Part shown: piece after piece, positions 39,266-51,000 of the stretch
How positions within the stretch are numbered: position 1 is the stretch's first letter
Layout of the letters: each line of letters begins with the position of its first letter
Assembly: GCA_043228905.1 (NCBI GenBank)
Contig: JBHGNT010000020.1
Location: forward strand, 496,001 to 560,000
DNA: 64,000 bases
From: Azolla caroliniana
Lineage: Eukaryota > Plantae > Polypodiophyta
Direction: 5' to 3'
The notes under the pieces: generated by a model
Told to the model about the DNA's origin: nothing
What the model saw: the letters and a program-made list of their open reading frames with translations, nothing else
Database searches by the model: none
Made by a program: the position numbers and the translations under genes

Positions 39266-41785
39266 TCAACGATATGTCAAGGATGACAAGGAGAGCTTTT
39301 ATGGAGTAGGTAGAGTCTGATAAACATTTAAGTGTTTTGGAAGTGTTAAAAGAATTTTCAGAAAGATTTGAGCAATTAAATGTTAGAGATAGAAATATAA
39401 TTATAATGCTAGATAAAGTAATATTGTTTCTACAAGCTACTAATATTAAAGACAGGAAGGACTTGGGAATGCTTCTGGAAGATCAAAATAGTCCGAGTGG
39501 ACTTACCGAAGACTGGGAGGAGGTGAAAAGGGCTTGCGCCCATTTCTGTAAAAGAAAGTTATGGTTTATGGAGTTGCCGGAGAGGAAGGGAGATGAAACG
39601 GGAAATGACTCGGGAGAGAAGAAAATAGAAGATTCACTCTTGCATGAGTTGGTGAAAGGCATGAAAGACTTGTCGATCAAAGTGACGAAGCTAGAATCGG
39701 GACAAAGCTCGACTTTATCAAGGCAAGGAGGTGGAATGGTCCGAAGGTGTATGTGGTGTGATAGTGTCAACCACCAAAAGAAAGACTGTCAAGAACATAG
39801 GGATTCTCTTAATCATGATAAAATCTACTATCAAGATGGAAAGATTCACTCGACAAAGACTCAACAACCAATCTAGCTCAACTTTGGGAAAGGTGGAATG
39901 AAAAAGCTAATGGAAGATGCTGAGAGAGAAACGACTCAAGCGATACCATCCGTGACAACCTTAGGGTTGCGTGTAGAAGACTCATATGGTGGATCTGACT
40001 TTTGGCAGGGTGTGATGGAGTATGCAAGAAAAGGGAAGGTTCAAGTGAATGAATTAAAAAGTGTGGGTGATGAAATATGGAACTTCACTGGATGGAATGA
40101 TCAAGTAGACACACTATCAGCATTTGCCCAAGTGAATGTACAAGATGCACTAGTGGAAGAGAAGCAAAAGAGAGTTGAGGAGGCTGATTCGGCAAAGAAA
40201 CATGAGACACAAGAACAACTTCAGAGAAGAGAGATGGAAAAGGATGCCCCTGAGTCAAAAGAAGCTGATAAAGTCAAAGGGAAGACAGACCCAACTTTTA
40301 ATCTTGCTTCGGACACAAAAGCCACGACGGATATAAAACATGTCATGGAAGTAGTTACAAGAGAGTGTGCAACAACAAGTCTCCAAGATTTGGATCATGA
40401 ATCCATCAATGTTGCAGGTGTAAAGAAGATAAATGATGTTCAGATTCATGAAGGGGATAGGAGTCATCATACAAAGAACCATGAGGCTCAAGCAACAACG
40501 GAGGCGCCTACAAAAATTACGGAGCAACAGATTCCTTGTATTGCTTTGATGGATCATGGATCAGAAATTAACATGATGTCGTCGGAATGTTGTGCTCAAG
40601 GAAGGTGGCCAATCGATAAGAATCATGGTTCGAGGAAAAGAGTTACAACAGAGATGATGGAGGATCTATTCGGAGCATGTCCCAGTGTGAAACCAACAAT
40701 GGGAGATGTGTCGGTGGATGAAAATTACTATGTGCAAGATGGATCAACCTACCCCGTCATCCTTGGTCAACCATACAATAGCGTAGTAAGTATGGAAACA
40801 AAGGATGGTGAACCATACATCAATGTAGTAAGGATGGAAACAACTGTGATTAATGATGATTCAGCTTTCGTGAGGATCAAGAGTCAGGATGGAAGGAAGA
40901 GGGGCCATATCTTAACCATGATGCCTAACCATAGCTTAGATAAGTTACTTTCTATAGTTATATTTTTATGTGTATCTTCATACATTAGAGCTTAGATGAG
41001 CATGATGGCTATCATGCATCACATGTAAAGCATGTGCGCCAAATGGTGATCATGCATCACATGCACCACCATATCATCATATGCATGAGAGAACCTATAA
41101 AGAGAGGCAAGGAATTAAGGGATGAATCAAAGGGGAAAACAGGGTAATGAAGAGAAAGTTAGAGAAATAAGATAATCAAAGAAACAAATAATAAGTTAGC
41201 TTGTTGGTGAAGAGGCTTGTGTTTCCAAGTTGGAGTCAAGGGTTCGAGTCAAGAGTCGGTAGAGAAAGGGTTCATCTTACTATCAAGCATTGTAAAGTTG
41301 GTAAAATCTTGTATTCATAATATACATCATGTTCATATCATATACTTTAATTCCTTAAATCATACTTTATCTCTATCTTGCTTCTTGAATCATACATTGT
41401 CTCTATCCTTTATCTATACTTGTCTCTCTCTCTCACACACATTACTTTAAACTCTTATTCTTTTTATCCTTAATCTTCCTAACATTTGTGTGCAAGCCTT
41501 ATAAAAGTTCCTTCAACTCCCCTTAACCTTAGTCCCTGTGACTTCGCCGCACGAACCACAACTACCTCGACACACCCGTTCAAGTTTTCGATGAGGGCCA
41601 CATATGGTCTCTTACTCCCATTCCCGCTCCAGTCTCTTCCAACTCGCGGTGAGGACTGACATGGTCTCTGATGCCCGTTGGTGTTAGTGTTTCCAGTGAG
41701 GACAACACATGGTTTCTCACACCCACCGCTTCCCGTTCACCCTTACACCGTGCTTTCGAAAAGGTGGCCATAAAGGGGAGGATAA

Positions 41786-42746
41786 TGTCACAGACATGAC
41801 AACAATTATGTCAAGATTTAAACTCTTGACCTCTTGTATTATAGTCAAGTGTTATATTTTAACCAACACATCCAAGTACATAATCGTGTTATGTATATCT
41901 TCATAGATTATGGATCACGTTCTAGAACTAGAAGGTTCTAGAGGGTTCTAGAATATTCTCTAAAATATTCTAATGCATGTACTTCAACTCACAGTATAAA
42001 TACTTGTAATGTCCTTCAACTCACAGTATAAATACTTGTAACTTCCTTGGTCCCTTTCAAGGAATTCAACACCAGTCATTGACAAATCAATCTAGTATTC
42101 TCGTTTCGCCTCTATCATGAATACATAAGCATCATGGCTTCATGGCTTCACTTGGGCTTGAACCCAAGACCTTATAATACATAATCAAGAACCTAACCAT
42201 TAAGATAGCATATGATCATATAAAAAATTAAAAGCTACTTCTTGTAATAGACTGACTATTGCAAATGTTCTGGAACATTCTAGAACATTCTAGAATATCC
42301 TAGAACATCTTAGAATATTCTAGGTCTAAAACATTCTAGAATATCCTAGAACTTCTTAGAATATTCTAGGTCTAGAACATTCTAGAACATTATAGAAATC
42401 ACTAGGCTATAGGAACCTATAAATATGGACATATAATTCTTCTCAAACCAATTCAAATCAAACTGTCAGAACCAAGAGAAAAGATAGAGTGGCGGAAGAA
42501 TGATGGAAAGAGATCACAAGAAGAGAAGAATGAAGTGATAAGAGGTGAAGCCATGAAGCCACGATGCTTATGTATTCATGACAACCTCAACTTTGTCTCC
42601 TTGATCTTTATTTCTATCTTCATGCCCTCATGTCGCTCACAACATCTAGAGTTCCTAGCCTCGCCACATCTAGCTCCACGTTCATCCATCGCTCGTACCT
42701 CATCATCTGTGCTCCGTCCTAGTCTACGCTTGGTGTGTCCATGACA
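41786..42746 (+). mobile_element. Gypsy-type LTR (probably a 3' LTR) with tRNA-like cassette at ~41808-41880 on -, interrupted by 42113-42583
   Basis: TGTCA...TGACA ends; purine tract AAAGGGGAGGA just upstream; duplicated GTATAAATA at ~41994 and ~42025; TTCTAGAA motifs. Confidence 0.7.
42113..42583 (+). mobile_element. Solo-LTR-like unit with 39-bp terminal inverted repeats and tRNA-like cassette (42143-42215, -)
   Basis: TIR match 37/39; 5-bp TSD GCCTC/ACCTC; TTCTAGAA array 42265-42390; CTATAAATA at ~42417. Confidence 0.85.
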
Positions 42747-44320
42747 ACAACTCCCAATTTCGGCAACAAGACAGAAGCCATCGAGAAACCTTCGGAAGAG
42801 GGGGGAGCTTCCATTCCGGTCCGAGCCGACAAACATCGATCAAATGCGGATATTGAAGAAAAATCGGCCACCATGAAGAAGAGTGCCAAAAGAAGAAGTG
42901 TGAGTCGGCTTCCACAAACCGACAACTAACCAACTACGCCACTAACTCCAACTATGATGACCATGGCGGAATATTCGTGACGAGACATAGAGCAAATTCT
43001 ATGTTGGCTTCTAGTTCAAATAGTGCCTCTAGTTCGGAAGAGGTATGGTTCATCGACTCCAGTGCCTCGAACCATATGGCGTCTCATCAAGAATGGTTCT
43101 GAGAACTTCGAGAGCCGGACCGACCTGGCTATGTTGAAATTGGAGACGACACTACTCATCCGATTCGGCACATCGGCAATGTAACATTCGGAAAAGAAGG
43201 TAACCAAATTTACATTAAGAATGTCTTGCATGTACCTAACATTACAAAGAATTTGGTCTTCGTTGGCCAAATTGTTGAGCAAGGGATGCAAGTTCGATTT
43301 AATCAAGGCGGTTGCTTCATCGAGAAAGAGTGTTGACTCATCGCCCGCGGACGAAGAGAGGGCCGAATGTTCATTCTCGACTAGCACGAGATGAAATCGG
43401 CCATGTTTGCAAAAGGCACCAAAGTCGACACCGACATAGAGTTATGGCACAAGTGGATTGGCCACATGAACCTCCAAAAGCTCAAGGCAATGCAATTGAA
43501 AGGAGTCATCATCAGACTCCCGACCTTCCAAGAGAAAGAGATTGAAGGCATTTGTGCAACCTACCAATTCGGCAAGCAACACCAAGACCCGTTCCCGAAA
43601 GAGAGGAACGTGAGCAAAGGCCTACTCGATGTAATCCATTCCAACCAATGGGGACCAGCTCAAATGGCTACATTCGGCGTATGCCGATACTACGTGATCT
43701 TCATCGACGACTTCTCAAGGCACACCTGGATCTACCCCATGCGGCAAAAGAGCAAAGTGTTCGGACACTTCCAAAAATTCAAGAGTGGAGTCGAAAAGAA
43801 AACAAATCAACATGTATGATGTCTTCAGTCCGATGGAGGAAAAGAGTACTTCTCCGACGAATTTTCGGATTTTCTTCGAAAAGAAGGAATTCGGCTCCAT
43901 TGCATACGTGCACATCCCCAATGAGAAGCGACAAAAGCTCGACCCTAAGTCAGAGAAATGTATCCTCGTAGGATACTCACTAGAGCAAAAGGGGTACAAG
44001 TGCTATAACCCCTCGACTTGGAAGGTTCGTGTGAGTCAAGTTGTAGTCTTCGACGAATCGACATCATGGTATGAACCCGAGCTGACTCCTCCCGAATCCT
44101 TTCTAGTCGATCCGAAATCCATTGGACAAGAGATAAAAGATGGAGATCGATTCGAAAATATGTTCGAAGAAAGTCTGATTACGACAAGGCTTAGTGGGCC
44201 ACAAGAGCCCCTGAGCGACCAAAGCACATCTCGGCCTAGTCCGAAGATGGACAAGGCAAGGCGAAAATGCCAAAGTATGAAGACGATCAATTCGATAGCA
44301 ACGAATCGACTCACTCCCTG
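42747..44320 (+). mobile_element. Ty1/copia pol fragment (protease, GAG-pre-integrase, integrase; internally deleted)
   Basis: WFIDSSASNHM near 43046; LWHKWIGH..FIDDFSR (43391-43819); FGSIAYVHIP..KLDPKSEKCILVGY (43785-44363). Confidence 0.85.
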
Positions 44321-44329
44321 GCTAAACCC

Positions 44330-47300
44330 TAAATTCAACGAATCAATATACCTTAAACCCTAAATGTTCTTTCCCTCACTATGTACTGGGACCCAATGAT
44401 TTACTGTGTGCAAACGGGTATATCAATGGATCTCCTGTACAAATTTTTTTGATTTGGCAAGCTCACACAATTTTGTGAATGATTGTTTGGTTCAGATATG
44501 GGGAATCCAACCCACCATAAGTGATCACACCTATAGGGTGCACTTAGCTGATGGAAGAGTACAATACATCAACGGGGCGATTCATTCATTAGGAATTTCT
44601 ATTGATACTTATATAGAGGAAGTAGACTTCCATGTAATGAATCTTTGTACCACTGATGTAATACTGGGTTATCCCTGGTTTTATAATAAAAACACTTCTT
44701 TATCTATTGATTGGGTTCACCATTCCATTACCTTTGTACTGAACGATTGGGTTTTATATATTGATGGAGAGGAAACAATCGAAAGAGATTGTTAAATACA
44801 CATGTATTGAATAAAATGAGTATTGTACTCATTTTATTCAATGTGTAAATAAACAATCTCTTTCGATTGTTTCGTCTCCATCAATATTCGAGTTGTCTTG
44901 TTCTTCTTTATTTTATGGTGTACTTGATCCGAATGTTCACGTTTATAATATCGGTAATGTCTCGGGTCAATTATCATATTTTGAACAACAACAACTCGAT
45001 GAAATCTTAAATGATTTTCGTGATGTTTTTTTGAGTGAACTACCACATGGGTTACCTCCTAAACGTAATATATACCATCGTATCGATATTGTACCTGGTG
45101 TTGCACCAATAAGTATACCTCCTTATCGCTTAAGTCAATCCGAAGAGGATGAGGTATCGAAGCAACTCAAGGACTATTTACAAATAGGTTATATACGTTA
45201 TAGTAAATCTCTATGGGGTGCACATGTTCTCTTGGTAAAAAAGAAAGAGTGCACATGGCATATGTGTATTAATTACTGACGCTTGAATAAAGTGACGATA
45301 AAAAATTCAACAAGAAATGAATGACATTTTCCGAGAACAACTTGGAAAATTTGTCATTATTTTCTTGGATGATATTCTAGTTTATAGTCATACGTTAGAA
45401 GAACATGCTAAACACTTCCATTTTGTTTTACAAACATTGTGTGACAAACAGTTTTACGCAAAGATCTCAAAATGCGAGTTCTTCAAGAAACCAATTACTT
45501 ATCTTGGACACCTCATAACCGAACGAGGTGTTGAAATTGATCCTTCTTGCATTGAAAAAGTCAAACTTTGGCCCACTCTTCGGAATATTCGAGAAGTTCG
45601 ATAGTTCCTTGGTTTTGTCGAGTTTTTGCGAAAATCTCTTCGTATGCTCCCAATTGACGACATTGTTTACTGATCTTCTCAAATGTCAAATGGGTAAGTC
45701 TACAGAACCTATTGTGTGGAATGCTACACTAGACCTCGCCTTTAAGGAACTCAAGGACCTGGTGTGCAAGGCTCCTTCGCTTCTTTTACCAGATCCTTCA
45801 AAACCTTTTAAGGCTAAAACCAACACAAGTGATTATGCTATAGGTGTCTTCCTATATCAAGATGATAACGAATAGCATTTGAGAGTAAGAAACTTGATTC
45901 TACTCAGTGTCGGTATACCGTGCAAGAACATGAATTATTTGCAGTTATTCATGCACTCAAGACATGGCACCATTATCTTTATGGAAATCGTTTTGTGGTA
46001 ACTACGAACCATGAGCCCTTGAAATATTTTTGTGACCAACAAGACCTTAAAGGTTGTAAGGCACGATGGGCAAATCTCATCCAGGACTTTGATTTTTCCA
46101 TACGATATTGTAAAGGTTCCATGAAGACTATCGTTAATGCACTAAGTTGCATCCATGAAGTTAACATGCTTAGCTTCACTAAAATAACATCATATCTTTA
46201 TGAACACCTTCGAGGAAAGTATCCAAATGACAGTTATTTTGCGAAATACTGGGCAAGAGTTGAGTCTGGAACAGACACCACCACATCCTCGAAGGAATCC
46301 TTCCACATTGCTAACGGTCTGCTCTACCGTAATGGGAAGGTTTATGTTCCAAATTTTCCTGAGGGTGCATCATGGCATGAATACATTGCACACTCGTTCT
46401 CATCTCCACTCAATTCTATTGGCCTAAGATGCATCCTGACATACATAACTATGTGACTAAATGTCACTAGTGTCAAGTTAACAAAGTCGAGCAACTTAAA
46501 GCCATTGGACTTTTACATCCCTTGGACATTCCCAATAATAAGTGGGAAAGTATATCCATGGATTTTATTGTTAGCCTTCCTCGCACCCAAAAAGGCCATG
46601 ATGCCATTTGGGTTGTGGTTGATTGACTAACTAAAATGACCAAATTTATTGCTACTTAAACCACGGTAACAACTCCTGAATTGGCTTACCAATTAGTTGA
46701 TGAGTTATTTTGTTTTTATGGGTTACCGATGGATATCGTGAGTGATCGAGATCCAAATTTTACTAGCGACTTTTGGATGCAAGTCTTTAAGAAGTTAGAA
46801 ACTACATTGAGCATGAGCACCACGGATCATCCTCAATTTGATGGACAGACAGAACGAGTAAATCAAAGTATTGAGGACATGCTCCATGCATGTGTTGGTA
46901 CAAAACCAACAAAATGGGAACGTTAGCTCCCAATTTTGGAGTTTGCTTATAACAGCTCCAAACATACATTGACAGGATATAGTCCTTTTATGTTGATGTA
47001 TGGTTTTCAGCCACGAGCCCCGATTGATGTTAATATACATCATGATGAGTTGCGAAGTACGTAAAACTTTCTTCGGGATATGAAAGATATGTTGCATATT
47101 GCATGAGAAAATATAAAAACAGCTCAAGATATAGTGTGTTTTTATGTTTATTATAATAGGAAATCTCGTGTATTCAACCCTGGATAGACGATATTTTTAC
47201 GTGTACCTTACAATTCTAAGATATTGTCTACGGGTAACTGTGTTGAGTTAGCCCCACAGTTTTGTGGACCTTTTATAGTCCTTAAACGCATTGGTTCATC

Positions 47301-48062
47301 AACCTATCGTCTCGCTGTTCATGATGGCATTGAAATCCATCCAATTTTTCATGTAAGTCATCAAAAGAACTTCTTGGTTCTGGCGATCATATAGTGACAA
47401 CTGAAACTCTAGTTACTTCTGAAGAATTATCTTCTAAACCAAATGTACCAGAAAGAATTCTCGATGTTAAATCAAAAGATTTGCATTCTAAAATAATGGG
47501 AGAATTTAAAATTAAATGGATGGATAAGTCTATAAAAAATGCCACATGGGAACGCGAAAATATTCTTAGAATTAACTTCCCTAACTTTCCATTGCAAGAG
47601 TGCAATGTTTTAAAAAGGGGGAGTATGTTACGGACCGTGGTGAGAATTGACCATAGTATTCTATACACGTGGATAAAGTGTGAGGGTTAAACGAGAGTGT
47701 AAAGAAGGGGCTGATTACTTTTAATCCTCAGGATTGAGATAACCCATTAGGCCAAGTGTGAACTTTCTTGGGTGCTTAGGTCTGGCTATAAATATGAGGC
47801 CTAACTACCCTCATTTGACACATTATCGACTACGTCGAGACTTTGACATTATGGTGGGTCAACTCTTGTAGCGAGAGCGCCAACACTAGGTACGACTCGA
47901 CGCCATGGCGGTGGTATGGGATGCCGATCAAGGCTCGAGTTCGTCTCGATCCCTTCGATCGAGGATCGGGTGGATTGACACCCTTCTTTCTCTCTCTCTC
48001 CTTTCTTATTTTATATCTATTATATCCTTATCTCATCCTTATATTAGATCATAACTCTAACA
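44330..48062 (+). mobile_element. Degenerate Ty3/gypsy chromovirus pol + 3' LTR
   Basis: Protease FDLASSHNF; RT (PYRLS, IFLDDILVY); RNaseH (ELFAVIHALKTW); integrase (IVSDRD, HPQFDGQTERVN); chromodomain-like ERILD..IKW..ATWE. PPT AAAAAGGGGGAG; LTR 47626-48062 TGTTA...TAACA. Confidence 0.9.
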
Positions 48063-51000
48063 CTGGTCCTCCTCCTCGATGAAGCACCTGAGATGCGTAA
48101 ACTGTACCTGCATCCCCTGATCAACGATTTGTCTAACCGACACCAGATTCTTCATAATTGTTGGAACATGTCGTACATTCATCATCTTTCCCTTTTGTCT
48201 GATGAGACTCAAAGGGACTTCTCTGACATGCTCGATTAGGTGTGGAGTGTCTTCTCCAGTTTCGCAAACTCCCAGTTGCTCCGGCATTTCAAGATATGAG
48301 AACCACTCTTCGTGGCTCGTCATGTGGTTCGACACGCCGGAGTCAACATACCACACTTCCTCTGATTTGGAAGTGGTTTTCTTCATCGTGTTCGCCTTGT
48401 GCTTCATCACAAAGGTTGGCCCTCTTTCGGTCTTTCCGGTTCCAGATCCTTCCGATCCTTCTACGTAGTGCGAGTTGTGCCGATTCCCTTGTCCGGCCTT
48501 ACTAGATCCAGATTTATCCGAATGGGCTCACTTCTTCCAGCACTCGCTTTCTCGGTGGCTTTTCTTGCCACAATACTAGCATTCTGAATCGACTTTCGAT
48601 TGCCGGTTTCTGGTGCCACCTTGACTCCCCCTGCTCGTGGAGGGTTTGGAATTGCTGTCGGCACTATCTCTATGTTAGGAATATGTCTCAACAGTGGGAG
48701 GAGCTAACTGCTCGAAGAGAGCCGACAGTGAAAGACATGGATTAGCCGACTGGTCTAGCCGAGAACCGATAGTCGATGACATGTAGAGTCGACAAGAGGT
48801 GATCGAGGTCGAAGACACGACCAACTAGTCGGGCCGACCCGACAATTGACGAATAAGTCGGCTGATTAGTAAGACTATTATTATTATTATTAGATAATAA
48901 TACTGGTCATGATTGTAAATAACCCATACTATGTATTAGTATAAATACACCTAGGGCAAACAGACATGTGGTGAGGTTGTAGAGCGTGAGATCAAGAGAG
49001 AGTGAGAAAGAGAGTGACACCATAACTAAATGATCTTGGATGTCAAGAGCCCTGTGTGGCTGAGACACTCGGTTTCAGAGTGTTGTATTGTGTGATCTCA
49101 CCTTGTACTTCTCTTTGTATAGTGGAATCTCTATCCACGTGGTTTTTTCCCCCGTTTAGGGTTTCCACGTAAATCATTGTGTATTGTGCATTTGTTGTTT
49201 CCAGGTGTGTTGTGTATTTCCAAGTTAGTCTTTCTAATAGATTTGATGTTTGACTCTCAACAAACTGGTATCAGAGCTTGAGGTGCAAGCATGGAAGGAG
49301 GTGTGAGCGGCTTCCCAAGTATGATAGTTTCGAACTCTCCAGAACTATGCAGACTAGAAGATAAAGGTGGAGGACCTTCTCATAGTCAAAGACATGTACG
49401 AGCCAATCGATAGAGGGGAAATACTCACGGGGGAGTCATAATGGAAACTTCTTAACAGAAAGGCGGTGGCCACCATCCGACAATGCGTCGATGTAAGTGT
49501 CCTTCAACATGTGGCGAACGAGACAAATTCCTACGCGATGTGGCAGAAACTGTTAGGCTTATATGAGAGGAAGAACGCCCTCAACAAAACATCCTTGATG
49601 AGGAAGATCATGAGGTTGAAATATAGGGACGAGGAAGGCATACTCAAGCACGTCAACACATCCATAGGGTATGTGAATCAACTTGCCGCAACCAAGTTTC
49701 CACTTGAAGATGCAATGCAGGCCATCCTACAGTTGTGTACCTTGCCGGACAACTAGGAGAATCTAGTGGTGACTCTCAGCACCTCGTGTCAGGAAGAGAA
49801 CTTGTCTCTACAAACGGTAAATACAAGCATCTTGAACAAGGAGACTAGAAGGAAGGACAAGGTGTCCTGGTCCAGTCGGAGTCAAACTTGACTCAGCATA
49901 CCGGCAAAGGAAGGAACCGACAAAGGAGTCCACCAAGGAGAGAAAAGTCCCATGCTAGATCCAAGTCCAAAGGTAAGCTAACATGCTTTTATTGCGGAAA
50001 ACCTAGACACTTCCAGAAGGACTGTTGACACATGAGGAAGGATAAAGGTGTCGGTAATGGTGTCGAACCTAGGAAGATTCCTGATGAAAAGGGCACTTCG
50101 GCCATGGCTACAAGCAATGAAGAACTCTTGTTCATTTGTAAACAAGCAAGTGCAAACCTTGCAAGCGAAGAATGCACTTGGGTGATCGACTCTGGTGCAT
50201 CTTTCCATATACACCTCAGGGGTATGCCTAAGGTATGGTGTCAGAAATCCCATGCTCAAAGGGTTTACCGACTCTAACATGTTGGGGGATGTAGACTCAA
50301 GACAATCGACATTAGTGTACGTGATGACCTATGCAGGGGGGAGCCGTGTCGTGGCAGTCACGACTGCAGAAGTCTGTGGCCTTATCGACCATAGAGGCAG
50401 AGTATATGGCAGCAGTAGAGGCCGACAAAGAGCTAAATTGGATGAGAAATTTTCTCAGTGAGTTGGGGATGAAGCAAAGGGAGTTCTTGCTTCATTGTGA
50501 TAGCCAGAGTGTCATTCATCTAGCAAAGAATGTCGTGTACCACTCCCGGACCAAGCATATACAGAGAAGGTATCATTGGTTGAGGGAGAAAATCGAAGGA
50601 GAGTTTACCCTCGTGATGATCCATATTGATGACAATGGATCTGACATGCTGACAAAGAACCTATCGATGGACAGACTCAGAGCCTATCAACAGAGGACAG
50701 GATTAACAGACTCCTCGCCACTGGAGTGAAGGGGGAGTTTGTTAGGAATATGTCCCTCCAGTGGGAGGAGCCAACTGCTCGAAGAGAGTCAACAATCGAA
50801 GATAGGAATTAGCCGATTGGTCTAGCCGAGAGCAAACAGTCGATGACATGGAGAGTCGACCAGAGGCGATTGAGGTCAAACACACGACCGACTAGTCGGG
50901 CCAACCGGATGGTCGATGACCAGGCCGACTAGCCGGACCGACCCGACAATTGACGGATGAGTCGGTTGATTAGTAAGACTATTATTATTATTATTAGATA

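Larger units (their letters stand above)
36835..41572 (+). mobile_element. Rearranged Ty3/gypsy element with tRNA-Trp PBS
   Basis: 5' LTR 36835-37608 (TGTCG...CGACA). PBS TGGTGAACCCGACGTGAA at ~37613-37630, complementary to the plant tRNA-Trp 3' end as recalled. Gag with CMWCDSVNHQKKDC (39337-39876) and protease ALMDHGSEINMM (39898-40995). 5'-truncated 3' LTR ~40938-41572; no RT or IN; no clean TSD. Confidence 0.8.

Noticed and set aside
2664-42215. The six cassettes as functional tRNA genes
   Set aside because: Acceptor stems do not pair and several arms are degenerate; reported only as tRNA-like.
47680-47760. Seventh cassette in LTR 47626-48062 (TGGCCTAATGG on -)
   Set aside because: A-box-like motif in the expected orientation, but no convincing B-box at tRNA spacing.
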